From Haplodiscus bocki (Eukaryota): a stretch of 64,000 nt of DNA. Below are positions 63,629-64,000 of the stretch, piece after piece. Every line of letters begins with the position of its first letter. Positions within the stretch are counted from its first letter, which is position 1. The notes beneath the pieces were generated by a model. It saw only the letters and a list, made by a program, of their open reading frames with translations. It made no database searches and had not been told where the DNA came from. A program made the translations under genes and the position numbers. The DNA is taken from the NCBI GenBank assembly GCA_965655095.1, contig OZ296649.1:14570001-14634000 (forward strand), given 5' to 3'.

Positions 63629-64000
63629 CTATAAAATGAGAATGTAGGGGACTATTTTATTGGTCTTTTTTGGCTCGGGTTCGGATGTGCTTGATTGTGA
63701 TTGGCAGAAACATTCCATCAAAAGTGGAGATGGTTTTTCTTTTTCGTAGTCGCAACTCGTCTTTCTTGCAAAGCAATATGCACCACCGCCGCCAAACAAC
63801 AAAGCTGTCGATTTTCGATCCCCAAAAGGAACATTCAAAGTGTGGCAACAGGTTTTGCACTTCTTATAGTCGTAGAAACTAGACAATTTTTTTGTTTGAC
63901 ATGTAAAGACACATTTCGTTTCTACATGTTGGACAAAACACATCGCCAATAGTCTTCGTTGGCCACAGGCAGTTGTTTCTCTCTAAAATTGGTTAATTGA
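63629..64000. other. Unassigned probable Polinton ORF remnant
   Basis: Several overlapping short ORFs; the true frame cannot be determined. Confidence 0.2.

Larger units (their letters stand above)
53550..64000 (-). mobile_element. Decayed Polinton/Maverick (adintovirus-like endogenous virus); one end, continuing past the window
   Basis: AGTAGT terminus followed by co-oriented remnants of protease, major capsid, penton, integrase and A32-like ATPase, the hallmark Polinton gene set. All are disrupted by stops or frameshifts. Confidence 0.95.

Overview
AT-rich, repeat-dominated eukaryotic (probably invertebrate) genomic DNA. I found no intact host gene, RNA gene or CRISPR array. (1) 1-2976 holds a cluster of minisatellites and hairpin repeats, ending at a 200-N scaffold gap. 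(2) About 4480-47003 is a 42.5-kb head-to-tail macrosatellite of about 22.4 monomers of 1874-1906 bp. It has three monomer subtypes (A, B, C), nested higher-order duplications (periods of 1, 2, 3 and 6 monomers), chimeric monomers and diverged C-like edges. Nearly all ORFs in the track over this span are recurring short ORFs of the monomer. (3) 47000-53550 holds decayed transposon fragments: an L2/CR1-group reverse transcriptase, the 3' end of an RNase H-type LINE with a (CT)n tail, and a possible hAT remnant. (4) 53550-64000 and beyond is one end of a decayed Polinton/Maverick (adintovirus-like endogenous dsDNA virus). It has an AGTAGT terminus and, mostly on the minus strand, pseudogenes for adenain-like protease, major capsid, penton, integrase and A32/FtsK packaging ATPase. 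Its accessory block includes an EGF-like growth-factor gene, an acidic KEN-box protein, and weaker DEDD-exonuclease-like, PLA2-like and PC4-like ORFs. The pPolB gene and the second terminus are not in the window. All protein calls come from hand translation and motif recognition, not database searches, and pseudogene boundaries are approximate.
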